Made by a program: the position numbers and the translations under genes
Assembly (NCBI GenBank): GCA_049999805.1
Contig: JBNGIO010005634.1
Location: 1-64,000, forward strand
Origin: Folioceros fuciformis
Lineage: Eukaryota
Direction of reading: 5' to 3'
Length of the DNA: 64,000 bases
Shown here: piece by piece, positions 62,001 to 64,000 of the stretch
How the letters are laid out: the number at the start of each line of letters is the position of its first letter
How positions within the stretch are numbered: the stretch's first letter is position 1
Notes under the pieces: model-generated
Seen by the model: only the letters and a program-made list of their open reading frames with translations
Databases searched by the model: none
What the model was told of the DNA's origin: nothing

Positions 62001-63322
62001 GCAAACGTCTCAATCCATGTGTTCTCCATAGCACGAAGAGTCTGGTAGAAACGCTTCAAACGCTGCGTACCGAGGATGCAAATTAATTCCAACTCTACCA
62101 TTGCAAAAGTTCTGCAGCTACACATCAATCCTATTGCATACAAAGCTTCTTGCGCCAAATAAAGTTAGCAGAGTGCACAACATAAGCACAGACGTACTTG
62201 AAAGATGGGCTTCTGTTCTCCAGCTCTATGGTCTCCACTAGCCAGCTTGAAGGAAGACACTGGGGAAACTTTGCCAGGATAAAGAGCAGTGAGGGCTTCC
62301 ATTGTATTCATCAGAACCTGCAGAGATATTCAGGTCTTTTAGAGCAGCATTCCTCTGCAAAGTGTGTATGACTCTACCCTTCAGGGAAAGATGTATAGTT
62401 ACCTCATCCAGGTCAGCCGAGGTGTTACAAGGGGGCAGCTTCAATGTATCCCGCAGTACAATCAACCTGCGGCGGAGCTCTACCATAACAACAAGACCTC
62501 CAACCCAGCCATATCCACCGACCCTTGCACTGTCGAGCTCATGAAGACGTGCCATATTGTTATTTAGTCTGATCTGCAGTGGCAGATCCCTTGGAGCAAT
62601 AGCCTGAACACCCCTCCCACATATTTTAGCATGGTCTTAAAATATAAACACACTTGTGCAGGCTTGCCGTCACCACATAAGCCAAGTTCTCACAGCAGAG
62701 CCAAGAGCTCAAAAAACTAGTCTTCACCTTGACATCATAGGGGCCTAGTAACTCCTTCAATCTTGCTTCAGAATTTGAAACGCTTTCCTCCATTGCTGTG
62801 CGCCGTCGCACAGCTTCCTCCAAAGCCTGGTCCACAGACAATAAGACCAGTTATAAGTGGTTAACTTAAAATTGACAAAGATCCTAGCAGGACAGATATA
62901 CGTAGTGCCGGTGGAGGAGTGTGCGTTGGAAGGTCTACCTTGTCATAAGCCTTGTCCACTGCAACAGCAATGACTTGCCTCAATTCTTCAAGTCTCACGG
63001 TCTTGTCTTCACCGACTTCCTGTAACATTCCCTCCAATCATCAAACGTGCATTTGCCAAGGTTGAAACCGAGACATAGCCGGTGGTGTGGGCCCAGACCC
63101 CAACTGTACGACGAAGATAGCAAATCATGACCTCCTCTCACTCCATACACGGCCATAGTTTCGGCTCACCTCCCATATGACTTGAAGTTCAGCCTGGCGG
63201 TCCCCGCGTCGTAGGGACAGCTCATCGGAATGCTTGTGTGCGTTGAACAGGGACTTGAGGCGGGGCACCTTAGGACCGCATTGGCCAATTCCAGCCTCAC
63301 ACTTGCACCAACAGTTACTCAT
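59024..63322 (-). CDS. CHUP1-like protein (At4g04980-type N-terminal domain, polyproline tract, CHUP1-type C-terminal domain), multi-exon
   Basis: Phase-0 exons from MSNCWCKC..; MVELRRRLIVLRDTLKLPPC; PPPPPPPPPPP; GMADALAEITKK/SAYFQKIEDDV..LTDETQ/VLARFEGFPSKKLETIR; MLWGAFQLSYRVYNFAGGCDD. The start exon is less certain. Confidence 0.82.
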
Positions 63323-64000
63323 CTCTCACCGACTAATTGAGTTTGCATCAACTTCAGTTGATAGTTGACGAGGTTCACTACAAGCTCGCTAGCATCACAG
63401 AACACAATCCCCTAACATGACTTTTCGGCAGGTTGAAAAGCTGCACTGCGGGACAAGAAACGCGATCTCTCATCCTCCAAGGCACATTCAAAGTCGAGCA
63501 ACTCAGGCGAGCCCGTCGCAAAACATATGCGCAGAAAATCCGGCCGGCAATTTGCTCCATGCCTGACGACCTGATTCCCCGCCTGCAGCTCTTCCCGCCG
63601 ATCCGTCACCTCAGCTCAGCTCACCTCACCATAACTCCTCCGTCAAACAAAACTCGAGGCAAATCAGCGCCTTTCGGCCCTGCACCGAACCGAAACCTGA
63701 CCAGATCCTACCGGAAGGTCGTCAGCCACTTCTCCTGCCCCGCCTTCCCGAGCAAGGTGAAGAAGGCGATCGAGCACCTTCCAGGCCTTACAACCCGCCA
63801 CACCCCTGTGGAGCATCCCGGACACGAATTCTCAGCTTTGCGCAGATGCAGGAGGCGTAATTGGCCCCGCCCGGCGGAGACCGGCTCCGGAAGCCGGAAT
63901 TCCACAACAACGCTCCAAAGGATCGGCGCGGCAGAGATCCAGGCCACAGGCACCGCATTCCATCCAGTCCAGGGCCAGCTGGAGCGGGTCCCGGCGGGGC

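Overview
Eukaryotic nuclear DNA from a seed-free land plant, most likely a hornwort. This is inferred from compact genes with ~70-150 bp introns and from WW-type and KP/DRH-type PPR editing factors. Layout: (1) 0.6-30.2 kb is gene-dense: WDTC1/ASG2-like WD40-TPR gene, RPL23, plastid ClpP4, a head-to-head pair of intronless PLS-class PPR genes (one truncated WW-type, one complete KP/DRH-type candidate U-to-C editing factor), RIBA, beta-1,2-xylosyltransferase, plastid EF-P and an intronless DIS3/RRP44. (2) ~30.3-50.9 kb is a transposon island. It holds a PIF/Harbinger element with a captured, intron-containing DDX56/RH16 helicase fragment; a decayed Mutator/SWIM-type element carrying remnants of a prokaryote-like N4C/N6A DNA methyltransferase; a full-length Copia element nested in that element; and many minisatellites. 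(3) 51.8-63.3 kb has an unusual full-size ABCG/PDR transporter with a PDZ-like exon and degenerate ATPase motifs, convergent with a CHUP1-like gene. There are three assembly gaps (31085-31184, 48495-48594, 55392-55791). All family assignments come from motifs recognised by eye; no database searches were run, and exon boundaries are manual.
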